Positions 24,127 through 38,224 of a DNA stretch of 64,000 bases are shown here, piece after piece. The notes under the pieces were generated by a model that saw nothing but the letters and a program-made list of their open reading frames with translations, searched no databases and was not told the DNA's origin. Position 1 is the first letter of the stretch. Every line of letters starts with the position of its first letter. The position numbers and the translations under genes were made by a program. The stretch covers positions 28,148,001 to 28,212,000 of the forward strand of contig NC_043021.1 of assembly GCF_006345805.1 (NCBI RefSeq), in the 5' to 3' direction. This DNA comes from Octopus sinensis. Taxonomy: Eukaryota.

Positions 24127-25691
24127 TATATATTAACATACATATAAGTATATGTACACACACACGCACACACACATCACATGCACACACATCACACACA
24201 CATATATATTATATATACAGACACACACACATATATATTTGTGAACATTTGTGTGCATATATGTACGTAGCTATTCGACATGTTTCTGCTAGGTTCTCAT
24301 CTACTCACAAGGTTATTTGTTGGGCTGGGTATATAGGACACACTTGGACACTTGCCTAAGTTGATGCAGTGTGGGACAGAAGCAGATAACGTCTGGCTGC
24401 GATGCGTAATTCTTAATTTAAAAGCCTTGCCTTTTCATCTCTCAGAGCAGTCAACTTTGCATTTTTTTCTATTCTGCTGCATTTCTGTTTAATGAAACTC
24501 CTGCACTAAGCACTCAGCACCACTAACATTCTGTGAACATATAGCAATCTTTAATGTCATAGCACCTTTATACATACATACATGCATATATACATATATA
24601 CATACACACATATATACGTATGTAAGTACGTATGTATTTAAATATGTATGTATTTATGTATTATTTGAGGCGTATATTTCATTAAAAATTCCCTTTACGC
24701 TTCCCAACATTAAAATATAATAAAGAAAGTTTATCGATATCAAACTGAATCTGAAATCAAGTGTGGTTGTTGACAAGTTTCACAAATGGAAACTCTGTCA
24801 CGAATTTCAATTGATTGATTGATGTAATTTAAAGAGCTGTGTAATTAATAACACAATGATTTATGATATAGAATTTACGCAGGTCATTATTTTTTCTCTA
24901 CTTTGAAATTAGGTTGGCAACTGACTTTAAATCTCACGCGATTTCATGAATTTATAATTTACGTTGCTTTCAGGAGCTTCAACTTGCATGAACTTTATTG
25001 TCAGGTTGAAATTAAAATGACTGCTTGAAACAGAATTTTACGAAGAGTCTACATACACGTCAAACGCAAACTGGTGAATCACGTGTTCTGTCTGTATAGA
25101 GAGTTATGTCTCAACATGGACGATAGCGACCTTTTGAACAGTATCGTGAGCTGACATCATCATCAACCCATGGACACTACTGTCTTGGGCCCTAGGACTA
25201 ACTGGACCGTTTACCTGGTTTTCATGGTGTACGAGTGACAGATCAGGAAATGGTTGCTCAACCAGTCTTTCGCAGGTTCACTTATTTGCACTTGAGTGAA
25301 CGAGAGCAATGTGAAATAAATTACTTTACTCAGTTGGGAATTGAACCAATGATCTTGCGATTGTGACTGAAAAACTAACCTCTGGGCCACATGTCTTCAC
25401 TGCGTGCTGGACTTGGGTATCAAATATCAAAGAAACACTATGGTTGTTGTAGTGGGTGGGGTTACAAGGGTCGTTAGATTTTTGTTAGAAATAAAATAGT
25501 TAAACTTAGTACAATACTTAGATTTCAAAGCTTTGGAACGAACATTGTGTTATCAGTGAATATATATAATAGCAGCAATACTTTTTTTTTCCATTCTGGA
25601 CCAGAACATTTCAGCATAGTTAAGGTAACATCTTTGGACTCCGTAACCGAAGCACTTTTGTTTTAATAACTTTATCTTTCCGCTCGGAAAG

Positions 25692-26050
25692 ATACTGGTA
25701 CTTAATTTATCGATCCCGAAAGGATGAAAGGCAAAGTCGAGCTCGGCGGAATTTGAACTCAAAACGTAAAGACAGGCGAAACACCGCTAAGCATTTTTCG
25801 CGGCGTGCAAACGTTTCTTATTTCTTTATTGCCCACAAGGGGCTAAACACAGAGGTGACAAACAAGGACAGTCAAAGGGATTAAGTCGATTACATCGACC
25901 AGTGCGTAACTGGTACCTAATTTATCGACCTCGAAAGGATGAAAGGCAAAGTCGACCTCGGCGAAATTTGAACTCGGAACGCAGCGGCGGACGAAATACG
26001 ACAAAGCATTTCGCCCGGCGTGCTAACGTTTCTGCCAGCACGCCGCCTTA
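25692..26050 (-). mobile_element. Family-A SINE dimer with second junction type
   Basis: X tail joins at AAAGAAATAA|GAAACGTT near 25817. Confidence 0.85.
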
Positions 26051-26261
26051 CTTCATAATCATGTTGGTACCAGTAAAAATATTTGTTTTCCAATAGTATC
26101 TCAAAAATGCATTGTTATGGTGACAACACATTGTTCAAATATGACAATTTATTACCAGTGACTGAGTGCATGTATTACATAAGAGCATGGCAGAAAGTAA
26201 CAGCTCTGTGTATCATTTCTTTATTGTTTTCATACACACACTACCACATCAACACCCCACA

Positions 26262-26607
26262 AACACATATACATATATATATATACATACATATACATAT
26301 ATATATATTTATATATATATATATATATATATATACATACAACATACATACATACATACATATATATACATATACATACATATATATATATATATTCATA
26401 CATATATATACATATACATACATATATATACATATATATACATACATATATATATAATATATATATATATATATACACTCATATGTATATTTATATATAT
26501 AAGTATATATACACATGTACGTATGTATGTATGTATATATATATGTATGTGTGTATATTAATATATATATATAAATATAAATTGTTACCTTGAAGATTTG
26601 ACTATAC

Positions 26608-26643
<36 letters not shown>

Positions 26644-26885
26644 GTATGTATATATGTACATGTATGTATGTATGTATGTATATATGTACATGTATGTATG
26701 TATGTATGTATATATGTACATATATGTATGTATGTATGTATGTATATATATGTACATATATGTATGTATGTATGTATATATGTACATATATGTATGTATG
26801 TATGTATATATGTACATATATGTATGTATATATGTACATATGTGTATATATGTATATATATATATGTACATATGCATATATATAA
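26262..26885. repeat. Compound TA/ATGT microsatellite with an approximately 30-bp higher-order period at 26640-26850
   Basis: ATATATGTAC recurs about every 30 bp between (ATGT)n runs. Confidence 0.9.
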
Positions 26886-27640
26886 TACATGCATGTGTGT
26901 CTAATAACATAACAAAAAAAGTAGAAGAGGAAGTTCTCACTTAATCAGTGAACAATTTATCTCTCTTATAAACGCTGTGTTTCTAACATCTGCGCTTAAC
27001 TACCACCGGGACTCAATGTCTTTTCATTTCCTTCGCATATTAATAAAATAAGAGACAAATATATATTGTACTTCGTGTAATCAATTTTTTTCTACACGTC
27101 TCACACAAAAACATTCTCTCTAGAGACAAAAAATCGATTATAATATTGATTTAACTCTTCATCAATAAGTACAATAATTATGCTTTTAATTTTTGGCATA
27201 AGACCAACAATTTTGAGGATAGGAGTAAATCAATTACATTGACCTGAGTGTTTAAGTGATATTGTATGTTATCTATTCCGAAGTGATAAAAGGCAAAAAG
27301 TGACCTGAGTAGAATTTGAACTCAGATCGTAAAGCTTCAGAAAAAAGATTGCCGCTATGTATTTGGTCCGACATGATAACGATTCTGCCAACTGACCGCC
27401 TTAAGCGTAATAATAATTCTTTCTACGATCGGTACAAGAGTAGAAAGTTCAAGATGGTTGCTTCTAGGTCGATTCCAAGGACCCCACTGTATTCTGCTTT
27501 CATCCACACTGAAAGGATGGAAATATAAAGTCGACCTCAGTGGAATTTGAACTCAGAACGTAATGTCGGTAGACATGCTGCTAATTATTCAGTCCGGCGT
27601 GTTAAGATACTGCCAGCTCAACGCCTAGAAGCAGGATAAG

Positions 27641-27654
27641 ATGATGATGATGAC

Positions 27655-27685
<31 letters not shown>

Positions 27686-27848
27686 GTGACGATGATGATG
27701 ATGGTGATGATGATGGTGACGATGATGATGATGATGACGATGATGATGATGATGTTGATGATGATGATGGTGATGATGATGATGATGATGGTGATGTCGA
27801 TGATGATGATGATGGTGATGATGATGATGGTGATGATGATGGTGACGA

Positions 27849-27909
<61 letters not shown>

Positions 27910-28035
27910 GATGGATGGTGATGATGATGATGATGATGATGCTGATGATGATGATGATGATGATGATTATAATGATGACAGCAACAACAACAACAACAAC
28001 AACAACAATAATAATAATAATAACAACAACAATAA
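27641..28035. repeat. (GAT)n microsatellite grading into (AAC)n/(AAT)n
   Basis: About 110 GAT/GGT/GAC triplets; source of the poly-Met ORF. Confidence 0.95.
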
Positions 28036-29330
28036 TGATTTTAAATTTTGGCGCAAGGCCAGCAATTTCGGAGGAAGGGACAAGTTGATTACATTTACAC
28101 CAGTGTTCAATTGGTGCTTATTTCATCGACTCTGAAAGGATGAAAGGCAAAGTCGATCTCGGTGGAATTTGAACTCAGAACGTAAATGCCGCTAAGCATT
28201 TTTCTCGGGGTGCTAACGATTCTGCTAGCTGGCCGCTTTAATAAGTATAATTATTTATTTCTTTATTCCCACAAGGGAATAAACATAGAAGGGACAAACA
28301 AGGACAAATGGATTAAGTCGATTGCATCGACCCCAGTGCATAACTGGTACTTAATTTATCGACCCCGAAAGGATGAAAGGTAAAGTCGACCTTGGCGGAA
28401 TTTGAACTCAGAACGTAAATGCCGCTAAGCATTTTTCTCGACGTGCTAACGATTCTTATTTCTTTACTGCCCACAAGGGGCTACACGCAGAGGGGACAAA
28501 CAAGGACAGATTTTCTTTATTCCTTGTAAAAAGGATAGACAGAGGGGACAAACAAGGACAGACAAACGGATTAAGTCGATTACATCGACCCCAGTGCGTA
28601 ACTGGTACTTATTTAATCGACCCCGAAAGGATCAAAGCAAAGTCGACCTCGGCGGAATTTGAACTCAGAACGTAGTGACAAACGAAATACCGCTGAGCAT
28701 TTCGCCGGCGTGCTACTGTGTCTGCAAGCTTGCCGCCTTAACGAGTATAATAATCATGGTTTCAAATTTTGGCACAAAGCCAGCAATTTCGGAGTCGACG
28801 TAATCCGAAAGGATGAAAAGCAAAGTCAAACTCGGCCGAATTTGAACTCTGAATGTGCAAATGGACGAAATGCCACTAAGTATTTTTCCCGGTGTGCTAA
28901 TGGTTCTGCCAGCTGGCCGCCTGAATAAGTATAATAATAATCCTTTCAACTACAGAGACAAGGCCTGAAGTTTTGGGGGAGGGGGATAGTCGATTACATC
29001 GACCCCAGTATGCAACTGGTACTTAATTTATCAACCCTAAAAAGATGAAAGACCAAGTCGACCTCAACGGAATTTGCACTCAGAACATAGCGGCAGAACA
29101 AAAACCTGTTTTTTTACTACCCATAAGGGGCTAAACACAGAGAGGACAGACAAGCGGATTAAGTCGAGTACATCGATCCTAGTGCGTAACTGGTACTTAT
29201 TTAATCGACCCCCAAAGGATGAAAGGCAAAGTCGACCTCGGCGAAATTTGAACTCAGAACGTAGCGGCAGACGAAATACGGCTACGCATTTCGTCCAGCG
29301 TGCTGACGTTTCTGCCAATTCACCGCCTTA
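28036..29330 (-). mobile_element. Array of about seven family-A SINE modules (older copies also at 27180-27628 and 29925-30125)
   Basis: Repeated core GACCCCGAAAGGATGAAAGGCAAAGTCGAC with X and Y tails; second-type junction near 28455. Confidence 0.9.
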
Positions 29331-30379
29331 ATAAGTATAATAATAATGGCTTCTCATTCATGGTGAATGTTAGCAATTTTAAATGAAGAGAGAAGACGAT
29401 GCCATCACTGCTAGCTCTTGAGTAGCTGAAGTCCAGCAACGAGGATAAGCTCTCTAATGAATATGATCGATTCCAGTTTTGGACTAATACTTTACGTTAT
29501 CGACTTGGGACAGTTGACATGCAGTAGATTTTGAACTCAGAATTTAAACAGCCGGAAAACATAACATTTGCCAATTAATCCGACGCTCTGACGATCCTTT
29601 CGCTCTATTTAAGTAACAATAGTTTCTCAATAATTATAGTAGCGATGGCTAAGACAGCTGACGGTATCGTTAGCACGCCGGAGAAGAGAATGCTTAGCGA
29701 TATTTCTGAGTTCAAATTCCTTTGGGGAAAAATGCTTTGCGGCAACTGTTCTAACTCTTTATCTTCTTATTTCAGACTACGCCGAAAGCAACATAACCTT
29801 TCATGCTTTGGATATACTGAAATACCAGTCTAGTATTAGGATTCATCTGATCGACTAACATCCTCCTCTATTTTAGAAACCATTATTATCAAGGGGTGCC
29901 TAATTTAGGCACCCTTATTACTGGTTTCAAATTCTGACACAAGGCCAACAATTTTGGTGGGAGAGGTAGGTCTATTACATCGACACCAATGCTCACTGGC
30001 ACTTAATTTATTGACACCGAAGGGTAAAGTCGACCTAGGCCAAATTGGAACTCAGAGCATAAAGACGGATGAAATGGTGGTAAGTATTTTGACCGGCCTG
30101 CTAACGTTTCCGCCAGTTCGCTGCTTAATTTGCAGCCAAATATTGATGCAATAACTATTACTCACCAAACACGTATTTCACATTAAATATTCTTTATGAC
30201 TGGAATGACTGGATCTTTCATGATTGATTTCTTATCAAATTCGTTAAATATTTTCATTAAATATTTTTGAAATATTTCTTATTAAAAACTGTAATGACTA
30301 AAGAAACATAGCAATAATTGTTTTTAAAGCAAGATATATTTCACTAATTGCGCATTTTAATTTTATTTTAGAAGTTTAC

Positions 30380-30522
30380 ATGATAGAGTCAATAAATCAG
30401 CAGCGATTCCACCCAGGTCCAATGATATGAGAATGTTGATGACCCTAGGTTTAAACGCAACTTGAAAGGCATCGATATCATCGGTTTGTGTTAAGCCCAT
30501 TTGTAATCCCTTCCAGAAGACC
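30380..30522 (-). CDS. Candidate internal coding exon of an unidentified gene (143 nt)
   Basis: Acceptor TTTTTTTTTACTTTTCTAATTAG, GC-richer than its flanks, open frame VFWKGLQMGLTQTDDIDAFQVAFKPRVINILISLDLGGIAADLLTLS, weak donor GTAAAC. Confidence 0.4.
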
Positions 30523-31196
30523 CTAATTAGAAAAGTAAAAAAAAATACAGCCGAGGTAGTACCACTGCCACAGAGGGAAAAAAATATAAATTAGATATGG
30601 ACAAAAATATTTGAAACTTTTAGGTGTAAGTTGACATCAAGGGAATCTGCAACAAGTTTAGCTCATGTTTTATGTTAGTTTGTGGGGTTTGTGTTTAAGT
30701 TGAATGTTTATGCTAATATAGTAGGATATATCATATAGAGGTTTATGGTTATTTGAGAGGTAAAATATCTACAGTAATTGGAAACAGGTGAAATACGCAT
30801 ATTAAAGTTTTAGAAAGCATATTATGTTACAAAAGTCAAGCCAGTGTAAATGTAATTGGTAAATGAGAAGCAGATGCAACGAAATCCTATGAGTAAGCAT
30901 TTGGATCGGGTTGAAGATACCCATTGTCAAATCCACAAACAGACATATATATACACATATGTGCTGACACATATACGCTCGCATGCATACATGTACACAT
31001 GTCAACTCACAAGGATGCGCATGCGCGTAAGAACATCTATTCGAGTTGGAAATTGGCAATTGACTATATATCTTCCTGATTCACAGGACTGCAATTGGAC
31101 ATTCTGGAGATAGGAATTATATATATATATATACACACACATATATATATATATGCATATATGTATGTATATATATACACACATGTATATATATAT

Positions 31197-31265
<69 letters not shown>

Positions 31266-31331
31266 CATAGATACATATATATATGCATATCCCTATATAT
31301 ACATATATATTATATATATACATATATATAT

Positions 31332-31444
<113 letters not shown>

Positions 31445-32011
31445 AACGTTCACATAGTTTAGTGGTTTTCAGTAATTGCGTTATAGATGTAACATATGAG
31501 AAATGTTAAAACGAAATGGCGCTGTCTGATTAAACACAAAATGGAGGACATCTCACTTCGTAGAATTTATTCTAAGGAAAACTTCTTTCCCCGGAAGCTC
31601 AGAATTGCCAAAGTGTTCAATTTCATTAGAATGCTTCACCAATCTTCGCACCAATCTAAAACCAATAATACAATAGTTTCGCAACTTAATTTCGTATATG
31701 TCGATGGTGAAGAATTATACACTCTGTTGGCTAACAAATTCACTTCTTATCAAATGTCTCTTGCTCTCCCTCAGAACAATGAGCGGAAATGTGAAGATTC
31801 CATTTTATGTTTTTCCCTACCATCGTGTACAATTTTTACATATTACTTCAATTTTTTTAGACCTTTAACTCACTTCCGTTTATAAGTGGGCAAAACATCA
31901 GTGTTGCATAAACACATTGTAGTGTGTCATTTGGCCAAATTGTCAAGATAACAAGGTGAAATGTTATTATCCTACTCATCTTCAGCGCTATTATTATTAT
32001 TATTATTATTA

Positions 32012-32052
<41 letters not shown>

Positions 32053-32513
32053 GAGTGAGAGAGCAGTTCATGCCATCAAAGTGACACTGGGGTAAAATAT
32101 ACGAAGCCCAATATACCCATCATGACTACCCGTCTGATAAAGGTACACCAGGCACATGCATCACAACCAAATGTGCGCGACATGGTGATCTCATATCAAG
32201 ATAAACAGCGCATGACCTTGCAGGTGGGGCCCAGTTAGAATTTTCTTCAGGTTGAGTAGCCCATCCCGCTCAAACGGTCCCTGAATAAGGGTTGTTTAAG
32301 GATGTTGAAAGAACCACCCATGTTTCCAGAGGTGAACTATTCAAACCCCAAAGAATCCCCCTCAACACATGGCTATGATGCTCCCCCACTACTTCTGCTC
32401 ATGATCAGAGATGCACATATCGTCAGCCACTAAGGGACATGCTCAACTGGTTAAGGTCAAACAACTGACAAGCAAATCTGTGGTATTGAGCAGAATATTT
32501 GCTGTAGCCCATC

Positions 32514-32515
<2 letters not shown>
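32053..32515 (-). mobile_element. About 460-bp non-LTR-derived element embedded in (TAA)n
   Basis: Flanked on both sides by (TTA)n; 3' end CTCTCTCACTC(AAT)n; second copy at 35221-35512. R4/Dong-like targeting is inference. Confidence 0.7.
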
Positions 32516-32589
<74 letters not shown>

Positions 32590-33009
32590 ATAACAGTTAG
32601 CACGGCGGGCAAAATAAATGCTTAACGGCATTTTGTACGTTTTTACGTTCTGAATTCAAGTTCGGCTGAGGTCGGTTTCGCCTTCCATACTTTCAGGATA
32701 GATAAGACATTCACCAGGCGAACGTTGTTGTAATCCACTAATCCATTCCCAACAAATTTCACGCCTTGTGCCTCCAACAGGAAAGATTATTAGTGTGACA
32801 GTTAATTGGTAGAACTGTTATCGCGCTGGGGAAATTACTTGGCGTCACTTCGACCTGGTGTTTACGTTCTGAAATCAAATTCCACCGAGTTCCACTTCGC
32901 CTTTCAACCTTTTGCGGCCGAAAAGTTAAGTACTGAGAACGATGTAATCGAGTAATCTCTCGCCACAAAATTCAAAACGTCTGCCCATTGTAGAAAAACA
33001 TTATTATCA

Positions 33010-34050
33010 TGTTTTTCACAACTTTCCAAGATAGTGCTGTTCTTCACTCTATCATCCCACTCAGCCTCACCATGAAAGCTGTTCAGCAGACTGATGTGCC
33101 CACGGTAAGGTGTCCAAGTCCTTGTTATATACGAAAGAGTTCTCAGGGCAACTTATATATATATACGTCTTGTTTTCTATTTACCTGTCTGAGATATCGT
33201 GCGCATTCCAAAGTCAATCATAAAACTTCCCAAAAGCTGCACTGGTCTTTCCAATATAGGTTTACACCTCTCTATCGAGTTTAGCATCGATTGTTACTGT
33301 AGAACCCGAATATATGAGAGCATCAGCGGTTTTCAGAACTTTGCTTACACGCTGGGCAAGATTCCTAGATTGTTACCAGGATGTGGCTGATACAAAAGTT
33401 CAGTCTATTTTTATATGTGATAGTTAAGACAAAAGATCTGGCTGCTGCTGCTGCAAATCTAACAATATGCTGGATGTTTTCGAGTGTATCACCAACGAGG
33501 GCACGATCACCTGCAAAACAACAACTCTCTTATCGCTTGAGATGCAACTTTCGCTTTGAAATGCTGTCGGCTGAAGATGCATCCCATTGTCTTATAATCA
33601 AGAAACACTCCATCTTCTACGTCAGGAAATGTATAATCCCGCATTACTGCGAGCAATAACGCAATAAAAATGGTGCTAAATCGCAACCTTCTTTTCTACC
33701 ATTTACGAATTTTATCTAGAAAATTTATTGGTTCACCTAAAGCTGTTGTAAAACATACTGAAGCAAAAGAGTTTTTATTAAGAACATTATGTTTACAAGA
33801 TGTTTATTATTGTAAGAACAATGGTTTCTTCTCCATTAAGCTTTGGACTTTCTATTTCCCCATTAAGGTTTCTTACAGAACCACACACCTGTTGATATCT
33901 TCTCCGATAGAAATGAAGCTCAACAAAAACAATGTACTTCACATACTACCAAAACGAATAAAGCCCTCCTTCCAATGGAATCCCATCTATAACAAATGAT
34001 TCTAGCGATTCTCGAAAATTTTAGTGAGCTCCTGAATTATATACGTCTTC
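33010..34050 (-). mobile_element. Old RTE-BovB-like LINE RT region
   Basis: Manual translation: GVFLDYKT..IRELLF/GDRALV..ENIQHIV/RFAAAA...YSGSTVTIDAKLDREV*TYIGKTSAAFGK...WDDRVKN, with many frameshifts. Confidence 0.8.
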
Positions 34051-34138
34051 TTCACACAAAATTGAAAGACATTCATTGTTCCTTCTCTAACTATCATTGT
34101 GGTACAAGTGCCTAAAATACTATTATTTTAAAAGCTCA

Positions 34139-34203
<65 letters not shown>

Positions 34204-34390
34204 TAATAATAATGTATTCTTCATTAGATACAATGGCTTCAGTTGAAGAGATAGAGGTAAATACAAAAAAGGGAGCTTACGGGGAAAATCACCCTTGCTT
34301 GATTACGCACCCTAGAAGCCACCACATGTCAAATCCTGGTGGAATCCTGGAAATACGGACCTGCGTTATTCTTTTTCCCATATGCGATGG

Positions 34391-35137
34391 TTACATAATG
34401 CTCTTGCTGATTTTGCAAGGGGTCAATGAGTGCTTCACAGCGAGGGCTTCTGACTTGAAATCCACTGAAATGGTGTCGTATTGTCTCCCCCTCGGTATGT
34501 ACTCCATATCATCCCTGATACATCTCAGCGCAGCTTCAATATCTGCTCGTGCTATTATTGCTGGTTTCTTTGTCTCTGCTGAGATGCATCTGAAATGAAC
34601 TTTTTTTTCCTCCACTGCTTCAATTGCCTCTTTTGGTATGATTAAGTTGACCCAGGTTTGTTCATGTTTGATGAGCATCCAGGCCTGCGCTAACTTCTGC
34701 TCTTTGCCTGTGAGGTCTGTACTATAACGAGGTCTCGTTTTGCTTGCTGCTTCAACCAACCTGTTATTGTTGGTAACGTTGGTATTGTTGTTCTCATTGG
34801 TGCTGGTTTTATTGTTACTGCCGTTATTGTTATCCTTTTTGTTATTGCCACCACCTTTCGTAGCGTTGCAGATTTTGCTGTCTCCACCATCGTTACTCTT
34901 TCCACCACATCCACTGTCGACACTCTTGTCACTGTTACTGCTTTTGTTGTCATTCAGTTCATCAGCTTCGCCAGCTTTCACATTGCTTAGCCTGCCACTG
35001 TTGTTGTTGTCGCTGTGAGTAAGTGATATGAGAGGGGAGTCTTCTTCTGTGGGAGGATTAGTAGGAGAGATAGCTTTCCCCCTCAGCGCTTCTATGGTTG
35101 CTGATGTCGATGATGATAGTGATGATGACGACGCCAT
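34391..35137 (-). pseudogene. Gag-like ORF1 remnant (248-aa open frame; homology continues past an in-frame TAA to about 34290)
   Basis: Ser/Asn-rich N-terminus, then ARADIEAALRCIRDDMEYIPRGRQYDTISVDFKSE...IM*PSHMGKRITQVRISRIPPGFDMWWL; homologous to 2525-3290 and 38790-39032. Confidence 0.7.
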
Positions 35138-35220
35138 CTTGTATGTTTGTGCTTCTTTTAATGCAATGGATAATTAAATGAATAAATAAATACTACCCCA
35201 ACTGTCCCTTACGGGGCAGA

Positions 35221-35512
35221 AATAATCACCTCTGGAAACATGGGTGTTTCATTCAACATTCTAAAACAACCCTTATTCAGGGACCTTTTGAGCGGGATGG
35301 GCTACTGGACCAGAAGAAAATTCTAACTGGGCCCCACCTGCAAGGTCATGTGCCGTTTTTCTTGATATGAGATCGCCATGTCGCGCACATTTGGTTGTGA
35401 TGTATGTGCCTAGTGTACCCTTATCAGACGGGTAGTCATGATGGGTATACTGGGCTTTGTATATTTTACCCCAGTGTCACTTTGATGGCATGCACTGCTC
35501 TCTCACTCACTC
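35221..35512 (+). mobile_element. 5'-truncated second copy of the (TAA)n-associated element
   Basis: Reverse-complement match to about 32053-32340; followed by (AAT)n. Confidence 0.85.
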
Positions 35513-35557
<45 letters not shown>

Positions 35558-35649
35558 TCTTTTATTCTTTTATTTGACTGTGGCCATGCTGGAGCACCGC
35601 CTTTATAATAATAATAATGATAATAATGATAATAATAATAATAATAATA

Positions 35650-36088
35650 ATCCTTTCTACTGGAAGCACAAGGCCTGAAATTTGAAGAAGGGAATAATTG
35701 GGGAAGGGAATAAGTCGATTACATCGACCCCAGTGCGTAACTGGTACTAATTTTATCGACTCTGAAAGGATGAAATGCAAAGTCGATCTCGGCGGAATTT
35801 CAACTCAGAACGCAGCGGCAGACGGAATACCTATTTCTTTACTACCCACAAGGGACTAAACACAGAGAGGACAAAGAAGGACAGACAAACCGATTAAGTC
35901 GATTGTATCGACCCCAGTGCGTAACTGGTACTTATTTAATCGACCCCGAAAGGTTGAAAGGCAAAGTCGATCTCGGCGGAATTTGAACTTAGAACGTAAC
36001 GGCCGACGAAATACTGCTAAGCATTTCGCCCAGCGTGTTAACATTTCTGCCAGCTCGCCGCCTCAATAATAATAATTATAATAATAAT

Positions 36089-36147
<59 letters not shown>

Positions 36148-36390
36148 TGATGATGATGATGATGAAAATAATATTGGTTTCATAATTTGTAACAAGGCCA
36201 GCCAGTTAGGGGGAAGGGGTTAAGTTGATTATATCGATCCTAGTACTCAGCTGGTACTTATTTTTATCGACTCCGAAAAGATGAGAGGCAAAGTCGGCCT
36301 CGGCGGAATTTGAACTCAGAACATGAAGACAGATAAAATGCGACTAAGTATTTTGCTCTGGCGACCTGCTAACGATTCTGCCTGCACAAT
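35650..36390 (-). mobile_element. Family-A SINE dimer (35650-36065) and monomer (36175-36390)
   Basis: Junction GACGGAATAC|CTATTTCTTT at about 35830. Confidence 0.85.
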
Positions 36391-36410
36391 GCCTGATATA
36401 GATTTATAAA

Positions 36411-37710
36411 TAACTAGCAGAGATACCCGGCGTTGCCCGTGTTACATACAATTGAAGAATTAGACTTTTCTGTTATATTTTATCTAATGAACTGGAATAT
36501 CTATGTTTCGAATTTCATCAAAATTGCAGATGAGGGTTATTTCCCTCTTTACACCCCCCAAAACAATTGTAATCGTGCCACATATATCCCATACTAATGA
36601 TTTTTATGCGCATATTCCAAAATTCCAGTCTTATTGAACCTGTTAAAAAGATTTTGCTCCTGAAAAATGAAGGTCATGGAGCTCTAAATTGTTAGAGTTA
36701 AGGCCCCTGGTGGGGGTGGGCATCTTAATGTCAACCACAGAAGTTGAATTGTTGAGAAACTTTTTAACTTGTATCTATTGTTTGAATTTCTTTGAAATAG
36801 GAAATATATGTTCACTGGGTTTGTAAAATAGCGCAAAGCTACAGGAAACCAAAAGACGAGTGATCACAATAAACAGTCAGCTATAGTACCCTAGTCGTTA
36901 CCACTCCCAATGTAGGATTCCTCACCATCCAGGTGACAGGCATAGCCGTAAGATGCATTACGAATCTATAGCAATTGAAAGGGCGTGACCCAACTGAAAT
37001 AAACATTAACAACTGTGTGACATGGGGGCTAAGAAGAAATGAAAGTTGGGGTTTGCAAATGACCACTATACTGATATGTAACTGGACAGAATAAATTTAC
37101 AATCTATAAATGTCTTTGAATAACCAGTTACTCATCTGGGGACTATGTGTGACCGAGTGATAATAAAAAGACTGAAAGGAGGTCTGCAATCAAATAACTT
37201 TACTCAACACTTTGCAACTGAATCATTGGAAGCAAAGATGCCTCTCATTTACTTGACAATTTATGCACCACATTGCTGAAATCACAATGTAAGTGTATGT
37301 CAAAGCAAACTGTTACACTGTTGTACCATTGAATTACAAATAATGCTCAACTTTTATGCTCGGGTAACCCTACATCTTCTAAAAGCACAACTGTATTCGT
37401 TTTTGCTTAGATAAAATGACAAAATTGTGGGTGTTAAGTCCCCATGCAGGAGTCTTTATAACTTGTAAGAAGATGAAATGTTATAAATATTACTTCATTT
37501 GTGTCTAATATCTATAGTTAAAATTTCCTCAACAGCAATAATATACGAATTGTCATGGGGGTTATGGCCCTTATGCATAGAATATAATTTCCAAATTTCA
37601 TAAAGATCTATTCAATACTTTTGACCTAGTCTTGGATCATAAAAGAAATGACTAAAATTTAGGATTTAAGGCTCCCATTAGGGTGTTTTATATATATATA
37701 TATAGAGAGA
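36411..37710 (+). mobile_element. Possible non-autonomous Helitron/Helentron-like element
   Basis: Starts TAACTAGCAG..CCCGGCGTTGCCCG and ends TTTTATATATATATAG, resembling HINE-type termini; interior not recognised. Confidence 0.35.
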
Positions 37711-37723
37711 GAGAGAGACAGAC

Positions 37724-37800
<77 letters not shown>

Positions 37801-37806
37801 GATAGG

Positions 37807-37876
<70 letters not shown>

Positions 37877-38224
37877 TACACACACACACACACATACAAA
37901 GATAAATTGATAGATACAAACAAAAATATGAGACACAGCCTAGTGATTTTTTTATGTTGATAAGCCTGGTACTTATTCTATTAGTTTGTTCTTGCGAAAC
38001 CCGTAAGTTAAGTGGATGTAAATAAATGAACAGCAGTTGTGAAGCAGTGATGAGGGCGAAACACAGAGACAAAGACACACACTTACACTTACATATATAC
38101 ATACATATATATACGATTGATTTGTTTCAGTTCCTGTCTACGAAATCCATATATATTGTTGTTGGCATCCTTTTCATCTCGGGAGACAATGGAGTTGCGC
38201 ATGAAATAATCTAGTCCGGCTTTT

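Noticed and set aside
27641-28135. 164-aa poly-Met/Asp/Asn ORF
   Set aside because: Pure trinucleotide microsatellite running into a SINE
28036-29330. Regularly spaced repeats superficially like a CRISPR array
   Set aside because: Units are 170-190-bp SINE modules without unique spacers, the context is eukaryotic and there are no cas genes
29776-29860. Plus-strand exon candidate after TTATTTCAG (DYAESNITFHALDILKYQSSIRIHLID*)
   Set aside because: No good donor, short, and directly adjoins a decayed SINE
31496-31885. 129-aa non-repetitive ORF
   Set aside because: No recognisable motif or splice context; length is plausible by chance
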